Shown one piece after another: positions 55,656 to 64,000 of a stretch of DNA of 64,000 bases; the stretch's first letter is position 1, and every line of letters begins with the position of its first letter. The DNA comes from a virus (Duplodnaviria; Caudoviricetes): the IMG/VR virus record IMGVR_UViG_3300021387_000796, positions 128,001 through 192,000 of that record. One strand, 5' to 3'. A program made the translations under genes and the position numbers. The notes beneath the pieces are model-generated. The model was not told the origin of the DNA and searched no databases. It was given only the letters and a program-made list of their open reading frames with translations.

Positions 55656-57919
55656 TAAATTAATCCTCCGCTCATAATCATATCCAAATCATTTCTCGTT
55701 TGAGGTGGTAAATTAACTTGTACATCTTTTGCAAGAATTTTAGATAAAACATCAATGATTGTTGTTAATTTTTTTTCTAATGTTTTATCATTTCCCAAAC
55801 CATTCAAAGACGAATTTAAATTCTTAGTAGTATCGTTTCTAACTTTTTCCATAGACAACGGAACATCTTTTAATGCTACTAAAGTATCTTTAGGATTTGT
55901 TTTGATAATAGAACCATCTGTGCGAATAATTGCATCATTTACGTCAGTAACAGAATAATTCATTCCGTTTGAAAATGCATTATATTTATCTGTTTTTTTA
56001 ATTTTATTAAAATCTGTATTTATTCGATTGTCCGTTAAAAACGCATAATCTGAATCCAAAATACCAGATTTAACCAATTGTTTAAATTCTTCTGAATTTA
56101 CACCGTCCGTAAACCCTAGTTTTTTTAAAGTACGTTGTAAAGAATCTATATTTTCTGGGTTTTCTTTATAACTTCGATATCTTGTAGATATTTGCATCAA
56201 ATATTCCAAATTTGATGCAAGAACTTCAGGATTTCTATAAATGTTAGCCAAGCCAATATCATCGAATGTACCATGCAGTTTTTTAAAAAGTTCTTTATAC
56301 TGATTTACATTTCCTTTATGTATACCTTTTAAACCTGACTGAACTTGTAACAAAGAAACTAATTCATCTTCACTAAGACTATCAAGATTTCCTTTTAACC
56401 AATTTTCAACTGTTCCTTTTAATGCGCTATGTCCGTTACTTAAATTATTTCCTAATTTGACAAAATCTTCTTCACTTAATGTATCTGCCAATTTATACAT
56501 TATGTTTTTTTGTGTTTGGTTAAAATTTTTATTTTTATCTACACTTTTTAATAATTCTTTTTTTCTAATTTCATTTAGGCTTGTTTTTCCAGTGACCCAA
56601 TTTTTAAAGTCTTGTAAACCTTGTGCCCAAAATTCACCACCAAAAAATCCAAGAATACCGCCTAGCAATCCACCAACTAAAATTCCTGTAATACCAAATG
56701 GCGCACCAAGCATGGCGTATTTTATAGCACCTTGTACCGCACCACTAGCACCACTGCTTGTGCTACCAACAATTGAGCCAATCATGCTTGCCCATTTTTC
56801 AGTTCCCCATTCGTCTCCTTTATTCCAACCACCAATAGCATCTTTGATGACAAGTCCTAATCCCGCTACAGTGGCTAACGAACTGAATGAAGTTACCGCT
56901 TTATTTAAAGTGCTTAATGTTCCTCCAAATTCTTTAAATTTATCAGAAATACTACTCAAATCATTTTTACCTTTAGTTTTTCCAAATAATTCGTCTAGTT
57001 TGTGTCCAATATATAAAGAACCAATACCATAAGCACCACTTTTAAGTACATCTGAAGCAGTTGGATTCTTCTTTGTAAACTTCATGAAAATTCTTTTAGC
57101 ACCACCACCGATAAGTTTAAATACTGCACCAAATCCACCAAAAAATTCTTTCATCGGAGCGATAAATAAATTCAAAGGACCTAATATACCTTGTAAACTT
57201 TCTTTGTTTCTATCAAAAGTGTCTTTTATTCCGTCAGCGATTCCCCCAAGAACTTTATGATTTTCTTTAAAATCTTCCTTCCAAGAGTCTTTCATTTCTT
57301 TAGCATAAGTATCGTTAAGATTAAGTAATGCTTTTTTATATTCTTTTTTATTTTCAAAATTAGTTCCATAAACTTCTAAGGCATCAGATTTTAATTTTTC
57401 AAGTTGATTATAATATTCATTGCTCGTATTTGCTAAATTATTTCCTTTAGAAAATTTATTACTCATAAATTTAATTTCATTTCTTTTGGTTTCGTTTTTA
57501 AAAGATTGTTTTATGAACTCTTTCTCTATATTCAAAAGATTTTGTTTACTTTCGTTTTTTGCTAATTTCATTTCTTTATTAGCAACTCGAACATGAGTTT
57601 TAAATTGTTTGGAAGATTCTCCGAACTCATTAGCCAAGGCGTTTAATTCCTTATTAAGTTTTTCATTAACATTTTTTTCTTTTTCTAAAGATTTTATTGA
57701 TGTTTCTGTCGCTCTCTTAATAGCGTCCTCAAAACCAACTAATGTACCGTATGTTTTTTTAATATATCTTTCATATTTTTTAGTAATCGTATTTATATTT
57801 GCTATAGTTTGAGGGTCAACATAACTCGTACTATCAGAACGCTCTCTGTGTAATCCGTTTATATTTTGAGATGAAGGTGTGTTACCATTTGAATTCGAAC
57901 TATTTCCTCTATTAACCAT
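55655..57919 (-). CDS. tape measure protein
   Basis: long helical protein with Gly/Ala-rich hydrophobic middle; C-terminal DAII..DG..I..NP.D; late motif at 57949. Confidence 0.75.
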   Translation of the reverse strand: MVNRGNSSNSNGNTPSSQNINGLHRERSDSTSYVDPQTIANINTITKKYERYIKKTYGTLVGFEDAIKRATETSIKSLEKEKNVNEKLNKELNALANEFGESSKQFKTHVRVANKEMKLAKNESKQNLLNIEKEFIKQSFKNETKRNEIKFMSNKFSKGNNLANTSNEYYNQLEKLKSDALEVYGTNFENKKEYKKALLNLNDTYAKEMKDSWKEDFKENHKVLGGIADGIKDTFDRNKESLQGILGPLNLFIAPMKEFFGGFGAVFKLIGGGAKRIFMKFTKKNPTASDVLKSGAYGIGSLYIGHKLDELFGKTKGKNDLSSISDKFKEFGGTLSTLNKAVTSFSSLATVAGLGLVIKDAIGGWNKGDEWGTEKWASMIGSIVGSTSSGASGAVQGAIKYAMLGAPFGITGILVGGLLGGILGFFGGEFWAQGLQDFKNWVTGKTSLNEIRKKELLKSVDKNKNFNQTQKNIMYKLADTLSEEDFVKLGNNLSNGHSALKGTVENWLKGNLDSLSEDELVSLLQVQSGLKGIHKGNVNQYKELFKKLHGTFDDIGLANIYRNPEVLASNLEYLMQISTRYRSYKENPENIDSLQRTLKKLGFTDGVNSEEFKQLVKSGILDSDYAFLTDNRINTDFNKIKKTDKYNAFSNGMNYSVTDVNDAIIRTDGSIIKTNPKDTLVALKDVPLSMEKVRNDTTKNLNSSLNGLGNDKTLEKKLTTIIDVLSKILAKDVQVNLPPQTRNDLDMIMSGGLI

Positions 57920-58076
57920 ACAAATCCTCTACTAAAAAAATTCATTTAAAATAGTTAGAAAAAAAAATAATATATAAAATTTATAAAAATTTTAATAAAT
58001 TTTACTTGACAAAATACATAATTTATACTATTATATAACTGTAAGAAAAATAACTTCTATAAGGAGGAAGTCAAAT

Positions 58077-58700
58077 ATGAAAAAAATTATACTTATTATT
58101 GGGATTTTGACATTGTTTGTTTCTTGTGATATGCCAAACAACGATAGTTCGAATACAGATGTTTCAAATCAGACAGATACCACATCTGAAACAACAAACA
58201 AAGAAGATGAAACACCTTCTCCAATCGAAGATGATAGTTCTGAATCTGAAAAAGAAACTGAAGAAGATAATACATCTGAAAATGAAGAAACTGAAGAAGA
58301 TACCACATCTGAAACACCTTCTTCAACCGAAAATGATAGTTCTGAATCTGAAGAAACAAATTATTCAAACGAATTTATTGTATCGTCTGATGTTACATGG
58401 GAAGAAGTATACGGTGATTATATTTCATATGTTCATTATAACAACAACGATGATGACACACAACGAATCACATACGATGTATGGCGTGGTGAGTCAGATG
58501 AATTTCTTTTTTTGGAAATTGAAGGTCTTACAGTTAATCCTAATACATCAAGTTGGGAGATTATGACTGATTTAAGCATTTATTTTATGGAAAACGATGA
58601 ATTAAAGTTTATCAGTAGTAACTCTTCAATTTTGATAGAAAATGTATACATAAATAAAGAAAACAAAGAAGTTCACATCTATCTTATTGACAAAAATTAA
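58077..58700 (+). CDS. acidic lipoprotein (moron; possible superinfection exclusion)
   Basis: MKKIILIIGILTLFVS-C lipobox; D/E/S/T repeats; promoter 58006-58034; terminator 58704-58732. Confidence 0.8.
   Translation: MKKIILIIGILTLFVSCDMPNNDSSNTDVSNQTDTTSETTNKEDETPSPIEDDSSESEKETEEDNTSENEETEEDTTSETPSSTENDSSESEETNYSNEFIVSSDVTWEEVYGDYISYVHYNNNDDDTQRITYDVWRGESDEFLFLEIEGLTVNPNTSSWEIMTDLSIYFMENDELKFISSNSSILIENVYINKENKEVHIYLIDKN
58176..58352 (+). repeat. in-frame imperfect repeats in the lipoprotein stalk
   Basis: GAAACACCTTCT.CAA.CGAA.ATGATAGTTCTGAATCTGAA twice; GATA..ACATCTGAA three times. Confidence 0.8.
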
Positions 58701-58738
58701 ACAAAAACCCTTCGATTTTCGAAGGGTTTTTTGTAAAA

Positions 58739-58963
58739 TTATTTTCTTCTAAATAACGGACAACCTGCTTTCAGCAAGGCAGTATCATAATCAACTTTAT
58801 TTTTCATATCTTTTTCATAATCTTTTATAAACCAATTATAAAAACTCATAATCCGTTCCATACTCATATTCATAAGTTCGTTATAACTACCAAATCCAAA
58901 CTTAATCAAATTCGACAACACATCGGTCAGAGTCTTCATGTCTATCAACGTGTATGAAATCAT
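58739..58963 (-). CDS. gp51-like / tail chaperone C-terminal ORF
   Basis: SYNELMNMSMER motif; overlaps the upstream ORF in the +1 frame. Confidence 0.65.
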   Translation of the reverse strand: MISYTLIDMKTLTDVLSNLIKFGFGSYNELMNMSMERIMSFYNWFIKDYEKDMKNKVDYDTALLKAGCPLFRRK

Positions 58964-60029
58964 CGAATTGAAACCCTACCCTCCTGTGTACTTTCTTTTT
59001 TAAGGAAGGTATGTACACATCAATGTCATCTTTAATACCGAATGGATATTTATTTACAACATCATTATATTTTTTCCAAATATCATAAGACACATTATTG
59101 CTATAAATTTCCCACTGTTCATTAAGAGATTCAAGTTTCTTTCCGTTATATTCTACGATAGTCTGTGCTTGAATAATTTTGGCTACCATTTTACCATATT
59201 CCATTATGAATTCAAAATATTCTGCAACTTTATCTTCATTTTTATCCAAATAATCATCTAACATTTCATCTTGCTTTTCTTCGTTATTAATCGAATGAAT
59301 TTTATTTAATGATGAACGAATATCTGCATACTTAATAAATTCATCTTTGAAATAATTTTTACAATAAGTCTCGGCACGAAGCATATCTTTCAATACGGTA
59401 AATTTAAATGTTACAGATTCATTAGTGGTCTTATCTCGAATTACAAAAGGAACTTTAATTTTTCCTTCCAAATCTTTATCATCATAATCTTTTCCAAGAT
59501 AAGCGTAAACCATAGAAGTGATTGGAATATCAACTTCTTCCAAATTTTCATCAGCGTTCAATAATTTCTCATCTTCAATTGTATCATCAATATAAACTTT
59601 CTTGGTAATCTTCTTTGAAATAAAACTACCATGTAATCTATAAAGAATAAACAAGACATCTTGAATAGGAAGTTTACCAACATCAAAGTTTTCATAATTT
59701 AATCTTGTTAAGACTTTAGTAATTGCCTTTACTTTATTATCATCATCAACATTTAAATCCAAAGCGTCCGATGCCGAATAACAACGGAAATGTAATTTAG
59801 ATGGAATTCCTTCAATTCTTCCATTAGATACAAGATTAATTTCGATATAATTTGATGGAATATCATTTTTTAATTCTTTTTCTGTTTCTTCTACCAAATC
59901 TTCTTTAATAATAGAATCTTCATTTTTAAGGCTTTCTTTCATTTGCTCTTCTAATGATTTCTTTGATGTTACAATATTTTCTTTATCAGCCATTTCAATT
60001 TCTTCATCGGTCATAAGTGGACTAGACAT
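58902..60029 (-). CDS. baseplate hub assembly / tail assembly chaperone (gp26-like)
   Basis: L.SNG, L...D..FILY.L motif; upstream of the tape measure gene. Confidence 0.65.
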   Translation of the reverse strand: MSSPLMTDEEIEMADKENIVTSKKSLEEQMKESLKNEDSIIKEDLVEETEKELKNDIPSNYIEINLVSNGRIEGIPSKLHFRCYSASDALDLNVDDDNKVKAITKVLTRLNYENFDVGKLPIQDVLFILYRLHGSFISKKITKKVYIDDTIEDEKLLNADENLEEVDIPITSMVYAYLGKDYDDKDLEGKIKVPFVIRDKTTNESVTFKFTVLKDMLRAETYCKNYFKDEFIKYADIRSSLNKIHSINNEEKQDEMLDDYLDKNEDKVAEYFEFIMEYGKMVAKIIQAQTIVEYNGKKLESLNEQWEIYSNNVSYDIWKKYNDVVNKYPFGIKDDIDVYIPSLKKKVHRRVGFQFDDFIHVDRHEDSDRCVVEFD

Positions 60030-60105
60030 ATAATTTCCTCCATATTAATTGCATATAGATAAATAGTATCAGTCTTCCAATTCTTTTTCAAGTCCAAATA
60101 TAAAC

Positions 60106-60134
60106 AAAAAAGACCTAACTTATGTTAGGTCTTT
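60106..60134 (-). terminator. terminator
   Basis: AAAGACCTAAC/GTTAGGTCTTT plus T run. Confidence 0.75.
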
Positions 60135-60138
60135 AATT

Positions 60139-60501
60139 CTAATCTTCTTTAAATAATTCTTTTATTTCGTTTAAAAAATTTTTATATAATGATTTACAAA
60201 TTGATATGATTTCTAATCCATTATTAATGTTTTCAAGTTCCTCATCATCATATATGCATTTTGGAAATCTAATTTCATATTCCAATTCATTAGTTTTATC
60301 ACACCCAATCACAGTTTCATGTTTTTCATCAAAAGGATAAATACTCACATATGGTAAATTTACATAAATTTCTCTTGAATGAATAGAAGATTCACCATCT
60401 ATAAAATCACCATATTTACTAAATTCTTTTGTATACTTAATATAAATTTTTTTCATATCATTAAAAATACTTTTAAAATAATCGTAATCACAAACAAACA
60501 T
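60139..60501 (-). CDS. hypothetical protein
   Basis: GAGGTG SD; late motif at 60533. Confidence 0.7.
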   Translation of the reverse strand: MFVCDYDYFKSIFNDMKKIYIKYTKEFSKYGDFIDGESSIHSREIYVNLPYVSIYPFDEKHETVIGCDKTNELEYEIRFPKCIYDDEELENINNGLEIISICKSLYKNFLNEIKELFKED

Positions 60502-60538
60502 ATTTTTACACCTCTTAAATTAATATAATATTAAATAG

Positions 60539-62008
60539 TTAATCTTCTAATTGTTTTTCAAGTCTGCTTATAGTGTCATCTTGTTCACTTTCCGTTTCAG
60601 TTGATTCTGTGTTGAAGTTACCACTATTTGGGATTTCATCATCTTTAGGAATATAGTCAATCAAATCTTTATGGTCTGAATCTATATAATAATAAATTGT
60701 TTGCCCTAAATTTTCTTGCCACGAATTTTTAATAACTGTGAGTTCAAGAATAGGGTCTACCAAATCACGAATCAACTGTGAACATGGATTTTTATTTACC
60801 AAATACTTTGGATTATGTAATGAAAGTATTGCTCGACTTCTTTCTTCTAGTGAACCTGATTCCTTAATTACTTCAGTAGACAGTCTAAACTCATTCAAAT
60901 CTTCTATTTTTTCAATTTTTACAGTATGAGATTTTCGTTTTGCTTGAACTGTAGCAAAAAACAAAACATTATCGGTTAAAGCAAACTCATTCAATTCGTT
61001 AATACCTTGAGTGATAGCATCTGCTCTTGATGTTCCATTTTTATTCATATCTCTAATCATGAGCAAAAGGTCTATACTACAAAACAAAGTTTCATCTTTC
61101 TTTAATCTAAAATCCTTACGACATTTTCGACAGAAAGATTTAATGTCAGCAATAGATACCGAATTACTAGGATAAAAATCAAACATTTTTCGTTTATCAT
61201 CTTTACGAGAATAAACACTTTCAAGTTCATCAAGTTTTGCTAAAATACCATCCCAATCAGTATAATCATCTTCATCTTTATCATATCCTCTAAGAGTATT
61301 ATAATCTTCATTAATCATTGTACTTACAAGAGTATCCATATATGTAGCGTGAGTTAATTCAGTATTTATAGCACATGTAGGAAGTCTTTTCGTAATTCTA
61401 TTACGAAGTATCTTAATTGTGAGTGTTGATTTCATAGAACCACTCATACCCAAAAGAAGAACAATGCCTGCGTCAAATCCACCGATGAGTTTATCCAAAT
61501 TATAATCACCTGTAGTATTCTTGTTGCCACTAGCACGTTTTTTAATTTCTTCTTTATATTCTTGAATCAATTTAGGAAAAGAACTTGTATCTTCATTTTT
61601 AGATTTCTTCTGTTCGAGTTCATCAATTCTTGAACGAATCTTATCCAACTTTTCAAAATCACTGACATTCTCTGACAAATCACTCAAAGTATCAGATTTA
61701 AATTCATGAATTAAAGCCTTTGTTTCAAGTTTAGATACATAAGAATCAAATTCTTTTACATCATAATCCGTAGACTGAACCGCAATAACAAGTTCAGATG
61801 TTAAAAACTGATTATCGAGGGTGAGGATATTTTCAGCAATTACTTTCTTTCCTTCGTTCTTGAGATGAAGTAAGTCAAAATAAAATTCTTGAGCCTGACT
61901 GCTTATAAAACAATCTATTTCTTTTTCATCAAGTAATTCTGTATGGTCAAATAGGCAGTGAAGTATTTGTTTTTCGAGAACCGCTACCCGCAAATTTTCT
62001 TCATTCAT
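60539..62008 (-). CDS. DnaB/gp41-like replicative helicase
   Basis: TG..LDKLIGG, Walker A variant GMSGSMKS, NTE, SIDLL, TVQ.KR, ESGSLE, IKN. Confidence 0.85.
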   Translation of the reverse strand: MNEENLRVAVLEKQILHCLFDHTELLDEKEIDCFISSQAQEFYFDLLHLKNEGKKVIAENILTLDNQFLTSELVIAVQSTDYDVKEFDSYVSKLETKALIHEFKSDTLSDLSENVSDFEKLDKIRSRIDELEQKKSKNEDTSSFPKLIQEYKEEIKKRASGNKNTTGDYNLDKLIGGFDAGIVLLLGMSGSMKSTLTIKILRNRITKRLPTCAINTELTHATYMDTLVSTMINEDYNTLRGYDKDEDDYTDWDGILAKLDELESVYSRKDDKRKMFDFYPSNSVSIADIKSFCRKCRKDFRLKKDETLFCSIDLLLMIRDMNKNGTSRADAITQGINELNEFALTDNVLFFATVQAKRKSHTVKIEKIEDLNEFRLSTEVIKESGSLEERSRAILSLHNPKYLVNKNPCSQLIRDLVDPILELTVIKNSWQENLGQTIYYYIDSDHKDLIDYIPKDDEIPNSGNFNTESTETESEQDDTISRLEKQLED

Positions 62009-62087
62009 TTAATTTACATTTCCTTCAATCATTTTTTATTATTTTATATTGAAATAGAAGAAAATACAACACTTTTTGAAATTTTTT

Positions 62088-62474
62088 CTAAGAATTTTTA
62101 TTCATAATTTCATTCAACTTGCCACCGATATCTTTCATCAAATCTTGAATACATTCAACATCCGTTACTTTAGTATCACAGTTAGGATTCTTCACATCAA
62201 TCAACTGTCCGATATTTTTCACCAAAGTAGGAGAAGGAATAAATTCGGTTTTAAGGTCGGCAATTCTTCCTTTATCAGTAATTTTATCACCCAAATATTC
62301 GATTTTTAATTCACCGAAATAAGGAATTTTTGTAGATTCATTCTCTGAAAAATTCATGAGTGTCAGCAACATAAGTGATTTAAGAAACGAATTTACATCA
62401 CTCACGTTCAAATCGCCATTTGCTAAATTTCTTAATTCTTCAACTATAAGTTTTTCATCTTGAGATAACTTCAT
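62088..62474 (-). CDS. HU/IHF-like DNA-binding protein (tentative)
   Basis: IPYFGELKI..F.PSPTL pattern. Confidence 0.5.
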   Translation of the reverse strand: MKLSQDEKLIVEELRNLANGDLNVSDVNSFLKSLMLLTLMNFSENESTKIPYFGELKIEYLGDKITDKGRIADLKTEFIPSPTLVKNIGQLIDVKNPNCDTKVTDVECIQDLMKDIGGKLNEIMNKNS

Positions 62475-62545
62475 AAAAAATAAAATCCTCCGTTAAATTA
62501 TATATAGAAGATTTTAGTGTAGTAATTTCAACGTTTCAATACCAC

Positions 62546-62935
62546 TTATTTCGAGAAATCAATTCTAGGACAAACAGAAATATAATGTTTGCCCATATAA
62601 TTCGAAACTGTAATCACAAAACTTTCGGAAACATAAGACGAATCTATGGGATTATTCATAAAGTTTTCAACCGCTTCTTTAATCATCTGAGTTATAAAAT
62701 CCCTAATCTGATTTGTTGAAAATACAGTCTTTCCGTCAGAATGTGAGCAAAGTTTTGATACGAAATGAAGTTTATCAAAGTTTAATTTTTCAAGATAAAA
62801 ATTTGTAATATCTGTAACTTTATCCTTTGATTTCTTAAACTTCTGCATGACTTCTTCAAGAGAATAAAGTGAAATTTGATGTTTTTTAGTATAAATATAT
62901 TCTTTACAAACTTTTGTCTTGGAAATTGAAAGCAT
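62546..62935 (-). CDS. hypothetical protein
   Basis: AGGAG SD. Confidence 0.7.
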   Translation of the reverse strand: MLSISKTKVCKEYIYTKKHQISLYSLEEVMQKFKKSKDKVTDITNFYLEKLNFDKLHFVSKLCSHSDGKTVFSTNQIRDFITQMIKEAVENFMNNPIDSSYVSESFVITVSNYMGKHYISVCPRIDFSK

Positions 62936-63004
62936 TGTGTTCTCCTAAAAATAAAAAATCCTAACTTAGATAGTTAGGATTTTAAGCATTATTAAATTTA
63001 ATTT

Positions 63005-63976
63005 CTATTCATCATCTTCCTCAGACTCAAAATATCCTTCTTCCACACACCAATCATAAAAATACGATTCATCGATATGTTCTTTAAGATAATCATTGAT
63101 GTCATAATCTTGAATGGAAACTAAATTTCCATAACCGTTATAAGCAAAATACTCATCATTAGGATTAAATGAATCATTCTTAAATCCATATCTTCCGCCA
63201 TAGAAAGCACGAGTAATTGCTTCGAGTGGGTCGTTAGCATAACTTGTCAACTCATTAAACTCGTCCATAGAATAAGGTTCTGAATCTGGGTCTTTTTCAC
63301 TCAAATACTCAAAACCATAATCCTCAATCATTTCATCAAAATCCCAATCTTTCGGTGGGTCAAATCTTTCTTCCAATCTTTTACTCATAATTTTCTCCTT
63401 AGATTCAAATATATCATTTCCACCAAAACCAAAGTTTAATTCCATTTTATTTGGTTCTGTGTCAGAATAAAAAATCTGTTCAATATCGTCCATCCAACCA
63501 TCAATAACATCATTTGCTTTTTTATTAAAAAGTCCATTCTTTTTAAGATATGCAATTGTTTCAAAGAAATCTTTTTCCAAATATTCTTTATTGAATTTCT
63601 TCCAAGATTTTTTATATGTTTCCCAAGCATCTGAAATTTTATTAATTTTTGTGATATTTTCATCAGCCATTTTATTATCATCAATATCGAGGTTTGACAA
63701 CGCAATATCACAAGCATCATCTACTGATAATCCATTTATTAATTTTTTCATCTTTTTATTTTCTCCATTATATAAATCATCCAACTCTCCATCATAAGTA
63801 ACGTTAGTTGGAAGTTGTTGTGCCATTCCAAGACCTGTCTGCATGGATTCGTCAATATCGTCAATTACATTATTCATGAAATAAAAAACATCATAAAGTG
63901 AGTCGTGAAGATAACTCCAACAACGTTTATCACCAAAGTAGTTACTTCCAAGCAAGTCTTCACAATATTTATCCAA
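63005..63976 (-). CDS. acidic hypothetical protein, probably 5'-truncated by the window edge; internal start at 63388
   Basis: frame open to the window end; C-terminal FNPNDEYF.YNGYGNLVS phage domain. Confidence 0.75.
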   Translation of the reverse strand: MDKYCEDLLGSNYFGDKRCWSYLHDSLYDVFYFMNNVIDDIDESMQTGLGMAQQLPTNVTYDGELDDLYNGENKKMKKLINGLSVDDACDIALSNLDIDDNKMADENITKINKISDAWETYKKSWKKFNKEYLEKDFFETIAYLKKNGLFNKKANDVIDGWMDDIEQIFYSDTEPNKMELNFGFGGNDIFESKEKIMSKRLEERFDPPKDWDFDEMIEDYGFEYLSEKDPDSEPYSMDEFNELTSYANDPLEAITRAFYGGRYGFKNDSFNPNDEYFAYNGYGNLVSIQDYDINDYLKEHIDESYFYDWCVEEGYFESEEDDE

Positions 63977-64000
63977 ATCTCTGAAACTTAGAAAGTTATT

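Noticed and set aside
309-63797. Many short antisense or alternate-frame ORFs (e.g. 17741..18235, 56457..57032, 58117..58566)
   Set aside because: They are shadows of strong genes, F/I/S-rich and lack ribosome-binding sites.
1-64000. Stop-codon reassignment as in some gut jumbo phages
   Set aside because: Conserved genes are full length in code 11, TAG and TGA both end genes at tight junctions, and no suppressor tRNA was seen.

Overview
A 64-kb, strongly AT-rich segment of a large (jumbo-type) T4-like myovirus genome, in the standard genetic code. The host is unknown; a spirochaete such as Treponema is a weak inference from a lipoprotein signal. 1-23.7 kb is a dense, almost all minus-strand early region of small hypothetical genes, several built from shared peptide modules. 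It also holds recA/uvsX, ATP-dependent DNA ligase, an Rnl2-like RNA ligase, a ParB-domain protein, a truncated nucleotide-sugar dehydrogenase and a probable SAM lyase. 23.87-25.6 kb is a GC-richer non-coding island with four ordinary tRNAs (Gln-UUG, Arg-UCU, Leu-UAA, Leu-CAA), a D-arm-less tRNA-like RNA (UAU), an aberrant Asn-like tRNA, two hairpins with identical anti-Shine-Dalgarno loops and two large structured RNAs of unknown family. 25.6-64 kb mixes several gene groups: thymidine kinase and a DNA methyltransferase frameshifted at a G9 tract; lysis-type genes; portal, neck, baseplate and tape-measure genes; replication genes (clamp-like, 5'-3' exonuclease, UvsY-like, helicase); a groEL-groES-hsp20 cluster; HNH nucleases; an MqsR-like/SWIM fusion; and a lipoprotein moron. 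Two promoter classes are readable: sigma70-like TAATTTTACTTGACA-N17-TAnnnT before early genes and a phage-specific TAACTATTT before virion genes. Best candidates for new biology are the RNA island, the phase-variable methyltransferase, the module-shuffled mini-gene array, and the late-expressed SAM-lyase and MqsR-like proteins. All functional calls come from motif recognition by eye; no database searches were run.
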